Below are positions 11,401 through 24,896 of a stretch of DNA of 64,000 nucleotides, piece by piece. A model generated the notes under the pieces. The model was not told the origin of the DNA. It worked only from the letters and a program-made list of their open reading frames with translations, and made no database searches. The stretch comes from Eledone cirrhosa (Eukaryota). Position 1 is the first letter of the stretch. Each line of letters starts with the position of its first letter. The DNA is taken from positions 73,718,001 through 73,782,000 of the forward strand of contig OZ024745.1 of the NCBI GenBank assembly GCA_964016885.1, in the 5' to 3' direction. The position numbers and the translations under genes are program-made.

Positions 11401-13255
11401 GCTTCGGACCCGTGTTCAGGGGCTGGATTGCTGCAATGCACAGCAGCAACATCTGCTCAGGGGTCAAGGTGAACGGCTACCTCTCGGAGCCGTTCTATAT
11501 CACGCGATCCATCCGACAGGGATGCCCTCTCTCCTCCCTTCTGTAGTACTGACTCTTGAGCCACTAGCGCGGAAGTTGGAGCTATTGCAGGGCATCCCTC
11601 TGGAATCGGGACTGCGGAAAGCGGCGTCGGCCTACGCCGACGACGTTACAGTAATGGTGTCGAGCACATCACAAATCGAGGAAGTCGGCACCTTACTGAA
11701 GGAATACAAAATGTTCACAGGAGCGAAGCTGAACCGAGACAAGTCCATCGGTTTGCAACTCGGATCGTGGAGAGGAAAACCGATGCCTTCCGATGGTGTC
11801 GTCGGACGCTGGACGGAAGGACCGGTGAAGCTGCTCGGGGTCTGGTTTGGTCCGGACCTCCAGGTGGAGAAGAACTGGAAAGAGGTGACGGCCAAGGTGT
11901 TTGCACTCACCCAGAAGTGGGCCGAGTGCAAACTATCCTTGAAGGGTCGAGCGGAGGTGGCGAACACTTTTATAGCGTCCGTCATCTACTACCGCTTGAC
12001 CGTCGTGCCTTGTCCAGCCAAAACGCTCACCAAAATGGAGCGCGCGCTCTTCCAATTCCTTTGGAAGAAGCGGGCTCCTTTGGTGAGCACATCCATCTGC
12101 TGCCAACACCCTTCCAACGGAGGGCTGGGGATGCCGTGGCTGACGATGCGCAAACACACGCTCAGGCTGCGGCATCTCTACGTATTCCTCACCGGACAAC
12201 CAGTGTGGGCCCCGTTCGTGAGGCGAGCCTTCCCACGACTCGTCTCGCTGACCGAGTTGCAGTCCTGGGTCAAGCAAAGACCGAGGAAAATGGGTGACTG
12301 GCACGTCGAATGTGCTCAGGCGCTGACAGCTCTCTGGCAGGTAGACCCGGCGATCAGTGGAGACTCCACTTTGTCATTCTATAGAGGTTTGATCCGCAGC
12401 AAGTGCGATGACGCGCTCGGAGAAACTCTAGGCGTAGAGGAAAACGAACTGGCCAGTCTGTTCGGTAGGACCTTCCGCCCGGGACCGATGGACAACTTCC
12501 AAAAGTCCCTGGCCTGGCAGTGCTACCGAGGAGCTCTACCAGTTCGAGACAAGCTCTACAGACATGGGCGCCCGGGCAGGGACCCTTCGAAAAAGATCTG
12601 TCCGAGATGCGTGCGAGACGAAGAAACCGTCGCGCACGCATTCATACACTGTCCGAGCGTTACCGACCTGTGGGGCTATGTAGAACGACTACTGTCGCGA
12701 GTGGGACCGATTCGGTTGACCACCGAGTCCATTGTCATGATCAAACCGCGACTCTCCTTCAAAAACGAAGGAGAGGCGGTTTTCCTTTGTTTGATAGCTA
12801 TGGTGAAAGAGGTTGTATGGTGGACGAGGTTAAAAGGGCTGAGGTTAGACACCTTTCTCTCCGGTCAACAACTGATTCTTTTTTTCAAATACCTCTTTGG
12901 AAGAAGAATCAGAATGGAGTCAGAGGTGCTGTACCCCAGCAAGTTTTATGAAAGGTGGGTGAAAGTGGCGAGAATGGCCCGAGTGAATGGGCCTTTTCTC
13001 TATATCAGCCTGTAGGTTGAGGAAAAAGAGGAAGAGAGGAAAGAGGTACAAACTCTTCGTACTCCTGGAGATGAGGGTTGCACATTTTTTTCGGGGGTAT
13101 GTGTTACCCATATGAAATGTCTCCCACTATTGGGGAAAATCAATTAATTTTTAAATTGCATTTGTGATAGTATTTTACACGTTTATATTGTATGTAAACT
13201 TCCCCTTTGTATTTGTCCCCTTCTTTTGTGTCCCTGTGGCTAATAAAGAAACATA
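8482..13255 (+). mobile_element. Tx1-clade LINE copy B, 5'-truncated within ORF1, decayed
   Basis: Starts mid-ORF1 (YTFSPTYMGKRT). Knuckle CYQCLSSGHLRASC. ORF2 9717-13015 is broken by frameshifts and a deletion near 10458. Ends TAATAAAGAAACATA then (TCTA)n. Confidence 0.92.
9717..13015 (+). pseudogene. Tx1 ORF2 pseudogene (copy B)
   Basis: ORF pieces 9717-10208, 10156-10629, 10824-11546 and 11522-13015 are colinear with copy A ORF2. Confidence 0.92.
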
Positions 13256-13272
13256 TCTATCTATCTATCTAT

Positions 13273-16200
13273 TCTCTGGGATGGACACCTGTGTTAATCT
13301 TGCTCGGTAAGTTTTGTTTAAATTTCTTTATCAATTCGTCATTGTGAACTTTTATTTTTATAACAATTTGTAGAGGGACTGACAGGTCAAATTTTGATCT
13401 GGTCAGTCTCCCAAAATATTGTGCCCCTCAGGGCAAAAAGATCCAACATATTTTCAAAAATATTTTTGCAAAACACTTCAATTTTTAAAAAATGGTCGGA
13501 GCAAAGGCACCTACTTCTTTGTCAATACAAGAAGATGGGAAGGGAAAGCCATGCCTACTTGATCAGCAGATAGTAGCAGACATGGACAAAGGAATGCCAA
13601 CATTATCGCCTCAACATTTAGAAGATGAACAAGCTTCAGTTGCTTGTAAGCAACTGAACACGCCTGACGTCACAAACGTCACATGTATCCACACACAGAT
13701 GGAAATATATGTAGCAAATAGTAACACCACCACAAGCAACAACAACAACAACGCAACAAAAGGAATCAGTGGGAATACAACGAATGAGACCATCATTACC
13801 ACCAACATCAATAACAAAATTTCATTTGCAACAACCGTTGCTAAGCAACAGGATTTTAAATATTACTCCATGGACATTTCCCAAAAGTCCCAATATTTGG
13901 AAGAAGCTTCCAACTATGTGACGTTTGAGGCAGACACCCCACACATACACATACCCCCACAAATAAGAGAAAGAGAATAAGAGAAAGAGAAACACAGAAA
14001 AAGAAACTGATCTACAGAAGATTTGACATTACCAACAAACCCATAACGCTCCCAACAAGCACTATCGGAGCTGCACTAAAAGATATCAAGCCAGACGTGG
14101 CATAACTCCAAAGAGCTAAACAGTATGGAAGTGTGTTCAGTGCTCTTTAAGAACGAAACTCTGGCACAAAAACACTCGGTTCACCCAATAAAAACGGATC
14201 AACACATCTTCTTCCCCACATACACGAGAAGAAGATCCTACAAAATAAAAATAACCAGAATCCCAGCAGAGGTCAACATATGGTGGATCCTACGCTGCAT
14301 CCCGAAGAAGGATGAGGACACCCTCCTATCTGTAGACAGGACAGACCGGAATAACTGGTTTGGAACCTGCATCGAGGTTCTGGTACAAATGAGGCCAGAG
14401 AGAGTTGAGAAAATACCGGACAGGATCGTCCTTGAGGATGATGTCATCTCCATTTTAGTGGAGGGGAAAAGACCTCAGTGCCATAAGTGTGGGAAAACCA
14501 CACACTTAAAGGATTTTGCCCTCTCTTAAACAAACCGAGGACAAACAAGGTGTTATTACCAACACCAAAACCCCCAACATAAACCCCCCAAACCAAAAAC
14601 AACACAAAAACCTGCAACATCCACTCCCACATCACCACAGACCAGAGACAACCACACACACAAAATCCCACTGAAATACCCTCCATTGCCTCCTCCCTCC
14701 CTGTCAAATACTTCCACAAACACCTGCACAAACACTCCACCACACAACATACCCCTTCCATCTACCCCTGATTCAGAAGTCTCAGACACGGGAAACTCTA
14801 CATCTCCAAGTGAGAATGAAGAGGAACCGCTAAAAACCAAAAACAAAAAAAAGAGACAAAAAAGACACAAAAACATCTACAGAAAACACACACACACACA
14901 ACCACACCATAAACACACCGCCACAAACGACAAACACACCAACAACACAATCACCACCAACACAACCAAACACTTCACCAACAAAACAAACACCCACACC
15001 ACCACAATCACAAACCCCAACCACAAAAATAAAACTACAAATAGAAACAGTATACATAAAAAACAAAACACATTACACATACATAAAAACAAGAAACAAA
15101 GAACTGGTGGAAGCTGTCTGAAAGGACCCCACAATACAAACGGAAGGGAAAACCTTCCCCACCAACGACCCACCTCCAAACTTCAAAATTATTAGGGTAA
15201 CAACCCTACAGTATAAAACTTTAAAAGAGAACTTCCCACATATACGGCCACCAGTCTGAAAGCTCCACCTTCACTACCATTCACGTCCAGGACCACCAGG
15301 CTGCCCTCCAGGTCCAAGTGAATCGTCTGTATTTTGAGATCCAAGTTTTTTCGAAACAGAGCAGCAACTCCCCCTCCACCTCCTGGCTGACAGAGAGATG
15401 CGTAGATCTTAAAATCATCGAACATGGGGTTTAGCTGCTGCTTGTCGTGAATCCTGGACTCGGTGATGACCTGAGATCATTTAAAAGCTGGCCCTGGGAC
15501 ATCGCGACCAGAGTTCTTCAAGCGTCTGGAGCCATTCCTGGGAACGTCTCGCTCCTTAGTGTTAGCGGGGGACTGGAATAGCATCTTAGACGCACGTTGG
15601 GATTATGTAGGAGCTTATGATAATAGAGGATGGTGTAATAACCTCAAAAATCTCATCAGCCAATTCCAACTGGCTGATAGATCTCGACTAGACTTCCCAA
15701 GTGCACCACTGTGGACGTGGAGCAACCGCACTAGGTCTTCTAGATCGTATTTAGATAGATATTTACTTAGACAGAATGATAAGGAAACATTAAGCTGTCC
15801 ACAAATGCACATGGTTGCCTATTCAGACCACAAATTAGTCACCTGCGTAGTCAACCTTGATATTGATAGAACACATAGACAGGGACCCGGATACTGGAAG
15901 CTAAACATGTCGCTCCCGGCGCGTAAGGCCTACAGTAAACGGATTAGCACCTTAGTTAAGTGCCAGTTGACGGGGGAGATCGTCAACAACAGGTGGTGGA
16001 GCTCTCTCAAGAGAGCAATTAGAATAGAATCGATAGCATTTAGCAAAGAAGTAGCTTTAGAAAAAAACAAAACTGAAAAGGAACTGGTAGCTAAAATAGA
16101 AGAGGCAGTTAGGAATGGCAGTACAGCTGACGTGCTAGCGGTGAGAACGGCACTAGACCAGTTCTTCAACGTGAACACGAAGGTTGTATTGTCAGAAGTA

Positions 16201-18782
16201 GAACACGTGCTCTAAGAAACGAGGGAGCCAAAGCTGTTAGTTGGGCCCGAGTGGCAGACTCGAAAAGTGGCAACAAATCCACAATTCGGTCTTTGCAAGA
16301 CAAAGATGGACGCATTATACTTGAATCCAAGCAGATGTGCACGGCCTTCCAGCAGCATTTTGCACAACTGTTCGGGAAAAGCGGTACAACGAGCTAGGTG
16401 ATCGACTTCAGCTCCTACCTCGACGGTGTACCGCGACTCTCGAGCACGGATGCAGAGAGCTGCTAAAGGCCGATCACAGCGGGCGAAATGGAAGATGCAC
16501 TAGGTCGCTGCGGGAAACGCAACTCACCCGGTTTAGATGGTCTACCCTATGAGTTTTACATAGGCATACCAGACTTGTTCTCTGGCGTCCTCAAAGCGGT
16601 CTACGGCAACTGGCAGCAGATCGGGAAGATTCCCAGTACCGTAGGCAGAGGCGTAGTAACGCTGATCAGGAAAGATGAGAACAAGGGGGATGAGATAAGC
16701 AATTTCAGGCCCATAACTGCTCAATACAGAGTTAAAGATTTTGGCCAAGGTGTTAGCAGCAAGGCTGGCGTTTGTCGTTGGGAACCTGGTAGGGGAAGCC
16801 CAAACGTGTGCTATCCCGACCAAGTCCATACACATGGGTAGGGTGTAAACCTGGCTTCGGTGGGGCTCTGATCAATTTAGATCAGTCTAAAGCATTTGAT
16901 AGGGTCGACCATCAATACTTGGAAGCAGTTCTCAAAGCGGCCGGCTTCTGTCTCGTCTTCAGAGGCTGGATCGCTGCCATGTACACCAGCATCTGCTCGG
17001 CAATCAAGGTGAATGGCTACCTATCAGAGCCATTCCAAATCATGCGTTCCATCCGTCAGGGACGCCCTATCTCCTCCATTCTGTATGTACTGACTCACGA
17101 GACGTTACTGCGGAAGTTGGAGCTGTTACAGGGCATCCCGATCGAACCAGGACTGTGGAAAGCAGCGTACGACATAAACGTAATGGTGTCGAAAACCTCG
17201 GAAATCGGGGAAATCGGCAACCTATTACAGGAATACGAAAAGTTGACAGGAGCAAGACTAAACCCAAACAAATCTCTCGGTTTGCAACTCGGCACATGGA
17301 GAGGCAAACCCATGCCTTCCGACAGTGTTGTTGGACGCTGGACGGAAGGACCGGTGAAATTGCTCGGGGTCTGGTTTGGTCCAGACCTCCAGGTGGACAA
17401 GAACTGGAACGAGGTCACGGCGAAGGTGTTTGCACTCACCCAGAAGTGGGCTGAGTGCAAACTCTCCTTGAAAGGTCGAGCGGAGCTGGCGAACAATTAC
17501 ATAGCGTCCGTCATCTACTATCGCTTGACAGTCGTGCCTTGCCCCCGCGAATACCTTGCCAAAATGGAACACCTACTCTTCAAGTTCCTCTGAAAGAAAC
17601 AGGCTCCATTGTTGAGGAGATCCATCTGCTGTCAACACCCTTCTAACAGAGGGCTGGGCATACCGTGGCTAATGATGCACAAACACGCGCTGAGGCTACG
17701 CCATCTCCAGGTATTCCTGACCGGTGAACCGGTGTGGCTGTCGTTTGTGAGACAAGCTCTTCCACAACTCGTCTCACTAACAGAGATGCAGTCCTGGGTC
17801 AAGCGAAGACCGAAAATGGGTGCCTGGCACATCGAGTGCCTACAGGCGCTCACAGCCCTCTACCAAGTGGAAACGGCAACCAGCGGAGACTCCACTTCGA
17901 CATTCTATAGAGGATAAGTGCGACGACGTTCTCGGGGAAACTCTAGGCATCGAGGAGGACGAACTGACCAGTCTGTTCGGGAGGACTTTCCGTCCAGGGC
18001 CTATGGATAACTTCCAGAGGTCTCTGGCCTGGCAGTGCTACCGAGGAGCTCTACCAGTTCGAGATAAAATCTACAGGCACGGACGCCCTGGCAGAAATCC
18101 TGCCAAAAGGACCTGTCCAAGATGCGAGCAGGACATCGAAACCGTTCTTCACGCAACTGTTCAGTGCCCAGGGGTGACCGACCTGTGGAATTATGTCGAA
18201 CAGCTGCTGTCACGTGTGGGACGCATCCAGTTGTCAGCCGAGTCCATCGTGAGGGTAACCCCGCCGCCTTCATTTAAGAACGAAGGAGAGGCGGTTTTCC
18301 TCTGTCTGGTGGCTATGGCGAAAGAGGTAATATGGTGGACGAGGTTAAAAGGACTGAGGGCAAACACCTTTCTCTCCGGACAAGAACTTATCCCCTTCTT
18401 TAAGTATCACTTCAGAGGGAAGGTGAGAGTGGAGAGAGAGGTGCTACACCCCAGTAAATTCACTGAAAGGTGGGTGAATGTGGCGAAAATGGCCCGAGTG
18501 AATGGGCCTTCTCTGTATATAAACCTGTAGGTTGAGGAAGATAAACAGAGGGAAGACAGGAACACCTACAAAACGTGTTCCTGGTGTTGAGGGTTGTTCT
18601 ATCTACGGGGTGTAAAACAACCCTGCAGTAACGTTCCCCCTATTGGGGATTTCAATTGTTATTTTCCTATATATATAGTTTATTGTTATTTATTAATGTT
18701 AAAGTTATTTTATGTAAAATCCCCGCCGTCACGTCTTGTAATGTCCCAGTTTTGTACGCCCCTGTGGCAAATAAAGAAAGAT
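13273..18782 (+). mobile_element. Tx1-clade LINE copy C, with 5'UTR, decayed, internal inversion
   Basis: 5'UTR homologous to copy A. ORF1 pieces 13492-15240 (CHKCGKTTHLKD). ORF2 pieces run to 18530. Ends GGCAAATAAAGAAAGATA then (TCTA)n. Confidence 0.9.
15238..18530 (+). pseudogene. Tx1 ORF2 pseudogene (copy C); 15238-15496 is inverted
   Basis: The EN N-terminal piece (FDDFKIYASLCQPGGGGG...GGAFRLVAVY) lies on the minus strand. The rest is on the plus strand with many frameshifts. Confidence 0.88.
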
Positions 18783-18798
18783 ATCTATCTATCTATCA

Positions 18799-18900
18799 AT
18801 TGCATTTGTGATAGTATTTTACACGTTTTTATTGTATGTAAACTTCCCCCTTTGTATTTGTCCCCTTCTTTTGTGCCCCTGTGGCAAATAAAGGAACATA
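18799..18900 (+). mobile_element. Tx1 copy D: ~100 bp 3'-terminal insertion of the copy-B family
   Basis: Nearly identical to 13156-13255 and flanked by (TCTA)n on both sides. Confidence 0.9.
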
Positions 18901-20368
18901 TCTATCTATCTATCTATCGATAGATCGATTTGTTTTGCATATATATAATATATACAAATGTGTTTACATGTACACATTCCGACACGTGAACATACATATA
19001 CAGTACGAATGATGTTCTCAAAGATATAAAGAGACGCTTGCGCACACACTCGTACACACACAAACAGATACACACGCACAGTAAGATAGATAAAATATAC
19101 GTACACATATTCGTAGTAGCTAGTCGGAAAATTCATTTCTGGTAAATCTTGCTATATTTCGTTTCTAATCATGGTAGGGGAGGGGGTGTTATATCTGGAA
19201 TTGAAATTAAGAAATGGATATAAAGGTAAATATATGTTTTAAATATTTATACAGCAACGGAGAATACGAGAACATCCACTGGGACTTAGGTGCGATACAA
19301 TCAACTAATTTAACATTATTAACAAGAATGGTATTGACTTCAATTATTCCATAAAAAAAAGGAAATCATTTCAGATTTATACTATTTTACAAAGAGAAAT
19401 TCACCAGCAATGCATATCTTACTGAGATTACATTAATGTAAATAGACCACTGGAATGGAATATCAAACCCATTAAACATTGACCCGTTGAGCTGAGTAGA
19501 AATCTTACACTATTGGTGTTCTAAAGTCATCTCACAAATGCATGCATAAAATAGGTTTAGAATGTTTCGTCATAGAAGTTCCCACAAATTTATTTAAGGC
19601 TGGTATTATTTTATAACCTTTCCAATTGCATGTAGCATTACTTTCCCTGGTATACTACATGATAAGAGGCCTTCATTTTCTCTTAAATATGAAATGGTGA
19701 CTTAAGAAAGACATTTAAGTTTGGATATTTTCCCAACCTTTTATTCAGTGTCTAAAAATCTGAAAATATTTGTTTGGTTTATTTGAATGTAGGCTTCATG
19801 TCATTCAACATAACGAATACGTAAGTATTGCCTCATTAATAATCAAAGGAATATTGCCAAATTTTAAATATTTCCGTGAATATTGCCAACATTTTTCCAA
19901 GTACAAATATTCTGTGATATTTGTTGCAGCATCCTGAGCTCTTCGTTCAAATCCTCCCGAGAACAATTTTTCTTTCCGCCTTTTCGAGGTTGATAAAACC
20001 AAAATATCAATCTAGAGCGGTTGATTGGAATGTCGGAGGAAATGCCTGGCAGTATTTAGATTTGAATAGCATAAACTTAATAAATCTAAATTTAATTCCA
20101 AAGAGAAGAAAGCGGAACATTTTTTATGAGAGTTCCTTATACTCTGAAGAAGGGAATTTTAAGTCTCAAAATATTAGAAAGAAAGAAACAACATCAACTA
20201 AAAAACAAAACAAAGCAAAACAAAACAAAGATTACCAGGTAACTAAATGTTTCGTTATCTTTATCTTATCGCCCATTTTGCATTGTTTAGCCTTTTATCA
20301 CTTTCCACATTATATATTATATACAATACTTCAAGAAAACTACATTTTATTACACACACACACACACG

Positions 20369-20426
<58 letters not shown>

Positions 20427-21289
20427 GAGAGAGAGAGAGAGAGAGAGGGGGGAGGGAGAGATAGAATGTGCGTATGTGTTTGTGTGTGTTTATACCTCAT
20501 AACTTAGCGGTTTGACAAAAAGACATCGATAATAATAATGTACTGGTTGTAATATGACAGACGAAATCAAGAAATCAAGTCGTTTTCCCGATATGTCTGC
20601 AGTCAAATAACTTAAACTAGTAAGAAAAAAATAAAGAATACGTTACAGATTTATGACCCTGTTTTGATCATTTTGATCTCTTGGAAGCAAGTGGTTAAAC
20701 TACTGTACGTAAATTTGAGAAATAGTTTAGGACGAAGGAATAAAGGAAAGAAACGAAAGATGTTAGAAAGAAGAAAAATTTAACGAAGGTTTGAAGGCAG
20801 AAAGCAAAGGTACGAAGTTTTGTGAGATGTAGGAGCTTAGTTTAAAAATTATGGCAGTTATAAAAGCCATGTTTAGTGTGTGGAACCCACCATATTAATT
20901 TACAGCAAAGACGGTGAGAGAATCAGTGAATATCTTATGTGTAATGGAGTTTTAGAAATATATAGAAAATAAAACAAAGAAAATATATAAATTGGAAAAA
21001 AAAAATGATAATAGTTGAAAAAATGTTGAAAAATATCTTGTTGAGAAAAATTGTTGAAAGAAACCTTTTGAAAAACCCATTGAACATAAAAATGTTGAAC
21101 AATATTACGATGGAGCAATTCAGAGAAAAACACAGAAGGCAGAATGATCTAGCAACTATTATAGGCCCATTAAAAGAGGAGAGTAGATACTATTAGATTA
21201 TTTTAAGACAGTGTATACGAAACCACTACCTAGGTAAAAATCGATTCTCCCAACATTCCTGACCCCATCTACATCAGGTACTACAAAGT

Positions 21290-21465
21290 GAGGATCACCA
21301 AGACATACATGTACATGTCGACCCCTCCAAGTCATATTGTGAGAGTGAGCCAAGGGTCAACGACTGTACTAGAAGTGAGGGTCACCAAGGCATATATATA
21401 CATGTCGACCCCTCCAAGTCATATTGTGAGAATGAGGCAAGGGTAAACAAACCAAGGGTCAACGT
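21290..21465. repeat. Short tandem duplication (~90 bp unit)
   Basis: tacatgtcgacccctccaagtcatattgtgaga..gcaagggt occurs near 21312 and again near 21399. Confidence 0.75.
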
Positions 21466-22289
21466 TAGTTACAATGTCTTTCACTGTGACTTTTGTATTG
21501 TGTCTCTCTATATGTTGCGACACCAGAATGTAGAACACCAGCTCCACTTGTTACCACACTTCGTATTCTGTCTTAAAAACCAGCCACACAGCTCTTTCAA
21601 CTGCTCCTTTGAGGAAACGCGATCTCTTCAACAACAGGGGGTATGTGAAATTCCACCCACCTCTATCCTTGATGAATGCTACAGGGAATCTTGTTTTTAC
21701 TTTGTAATATATTTTTCCCACCTTTTCTTTTCTTTCTTCGAGAACTGAGCTATATCCAGTGTGTCTCTCTCGCCGCAAAATTGTTGGTTTTGTTATTACA
21801 GTTATTAAAACTGTCGCTACCTATTTCACACTGATATTTTGTTTTCCGTCTGTATTTTTTTGTCACTTGCCATTATCTTTTTCCGTTTCTCTTTCTTTTT
21901 TAATCTGTGTTTCTCTTTCAAAAGTTTTCGATTGTGGCTAGCATCACTTCTCGCTCTTCCAGAGGAAGCAATATTAAATTACAAGTAAACAATGTTAACA
22001 AAACATATTAAAAATCTAAGATAAAACGTATTTGTTTCAGTATAACGTAACGGTGTGTACACACAAATGTCTCTAACTTATCAAGTAAAACGTGGCAAAA
22101 TCCAAATTTTCTCCGGAGCTGTGCTACAGTTTATACACCACCACCGCCACCAACAACAAGAATAACAACAACAAAAACATTATCAAAAAGGATGTTTATT
22201 TTTAATTTAACTACAAGACCAGCAATGTTTTGTTGGAAGTGATTAAATGAACCCTGTGTATTTAATTGGTACTTTATTCAATCAACTCT

Positions 22290-22805
22290 GGAAGATTTGC
22301 AAGGAGAGAACTAGATACTCTTGTCAGATCGGTGAGAGTGATTAGCAACGACATCAAATTGAAATATGGTATTTCCAAAACTGGAATCCTTGTCATAAAG
22401 AAAGAGAAATACTATAAATGATGGGATTAATCTACAACACGAAGAGAAAATCCTAGATATTGACACAGGTTATCGATATAAATCTCTAGAAGTTTTCAAA
22501 CCTGATGGTATAAGCCATAGAATAATGAAAAACAAACTCAGGAGAGAATATTTCTGAAAGGTAAAGAGGATATTAAAATACAAACTCAATAGTATATATA
22601 CCACCAGTGCCATGCGTTCGAGAGCAGTATCTATAATTAGATAGCGTTGAAACAATAAAATGGGCTGAGAAATAACTTTGAGGACAACACACTGAGCCCT
22701 GCACCCACAGGAAGATGTCAACAGGCGATACTCTAACCGAAAAAAGGGAAGAGAGGGTATTGATATGTGTAGAAGACTATGATGTTAGAGGTTGAAAATG
22801 TGTAG
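22290..22805 (+). mobile_element. Degenerate R4/Dong-like LINE RT fragment
   Basis: Translates in pieces to VRVISNDIKLKYGISKTGILVIK and YLKRVKRILKYKLNS-like stretches, homologous to the RT C-terminus at 30638 and 52028. Confidence 0.55.
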
Positions 22806-22958
22806 AAATATGCTGGCCTTGTACCTAACGTCGAAACAATTATTATTATTCTCTACATTCCTTACATCAAACTAAAATATGTTGACAATCTTTTAATAAT
22901 GTCTTCCTTGTGAAATTTGTGGTCTTGTTTTGCTTATCTAATGAATATATATATATAC

Positions 22959-23017
<59 letters not shown>

Positions 23018-23228
23018 GTATCATTTGATATTTAATATACTATTATATCATCCCTGCCACTAACCCCAGCGACCCTTGGGCCCCAGCACCCCCACCCCCA
23101 CCCTGGACCTTCTCAACGACCTCGGAAGGCGTTAGCGCTTACTTTGAGAACCTCAAATGCCGAGATAAACTTGATCTGTTTCTTCAGATTCCTTTTTCCC
23201 GGATGTTATTCACCTCTCGCTGACGCCT

Positions 23229-23315
23229 GGATTTCTGAAGAGGTGTTTTCACTGTCTTACTCCATAGGCGTCCCTATAGTTTGTAAAGACAATGTCTCTG
23301 AAACCTAACTCAAGA
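23229..23315 (+). ncRNA. Decayed hammerhead-like motif (possible PLE 3' remnant)
   Basis: CTGAAGA, long stem II (tgtcttac/gtaaagaca), GAAA-cctaac-TC. Stems I and III pair poorly. Confidence 0.35.
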
Positions 23316-23766
23316 TTTCGTCAATCCCATTCTTCAGTTACAATAATGAAATCTGTGGTCACATTGCAGGAAAACTATGGTTATTTCGACCATAATGAAC
23401 TGCAATAGGAGTAGTTTATATTGTTATTCGAAAATATTGATCTTTCTATCTTTCTAATTAAGGAAAATAAACACTATTTCCTGAAAGATGGTTTACATAT
23501 AGATCTTCTGCTTTCGGAAATAGCCGAAATTTATAATGCGGACATAATTTGAGCTATTTAAAATGTCTGATTGATTTAAATTTACATCTGAGAGATATTT
23601 AAAAAAAACTGTAAATAGAGAACATACGTACATACATAGTACATACATATACACATACATATTTGTTAGAAACCTTTTGAAAATGCCTAGATTCACACAA
23701 TCTTTATTGCACATATAAAGACACCAAATCACACACACACGCAAATCACGCCCACACACAGGCACC

Positions 23767-23804
<38 letters not shown>

Positions 23805-23901
23805 TCACTGACGAAGGACTATTTTTATCATATGTAACCCATGTGCAACCACGCAGTATTCTTCTTTCTTCTCATGTTTTATATATATATATATATATAA
23901 A

Positions 23902-24058
<157 letters not shown>

Positions 24059-24123
24059 ATTTAAGCATGCACCTGCATGCATATATATACACCCATACGT
24101 AAATTCGTAATTTACACACATAT

Positions 24124-24163
<40 letters not shown>

Positions 24164-24698
24164 ATAGATAAATAGATAAATAGATAAATAGATAAATAGA
24201 TAGACTGACAGATAGACAGATAAATAGACATTCCAACAGACAGATGGATAGACAGTTAGATAGATGACATGTTTCTTTATCCTAGAGGTAGTTCCTATTT
24301 GCTTAACTTTCATCTCAACTGACCCAATTCTGACAACAAAAATCATGAACAACGACATGACCTGCACTAATACACACATATACTAGCGTGAATTCCCACG
24401 GGAAACAATGAGACAAAGTCGAGTATTACAACAGCATCAATATCATTGCAGTCTGTATGCTTTTGTAAGTGGGTGTATGTCTACGAGGATTTCTGTTGTA
24501 TATGTCTGTGTAGGTATGTGTTGGGGGCCAAATATCTTCAGTTAGTTTCTCAACCATACTTGAGATATTTGTTACTAACTGGTGTTTCCTTGTGTGTGTG
24601 TGTGTGTGTGTGTGTCTGTCTGTCTGTCTGTCTGTGTGTGTGTCTGTGTGTTTGTATGTGTGTGTATGTGAGTGTTTCTGCATGTGTGTGTGTGTATA

Positions 24699-24741
<43 letters not shown>

Positions 24742-24815
24742 TAAAATAACAGATTAAAGTTTAAGCAAAGAATCGCTGCTTTCACCCTTAACGGGATCTT
24801 CAATTTTATTATTAT

Positions 24816-24896
<81 letters not shown>

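Noticed and set aside
5060-18273. Antisense and alternative-frame ORFs recurring in all Tx1 copies
   Set aside because: Shadows of the GC-rich ORF2. They recur because ORF2 is homologous, and they show no independent motifs.
21500-21780. Possible transposase remnant (IKDRGG..YP)
   Set aside because: The motif is too short and degenerate to assign.
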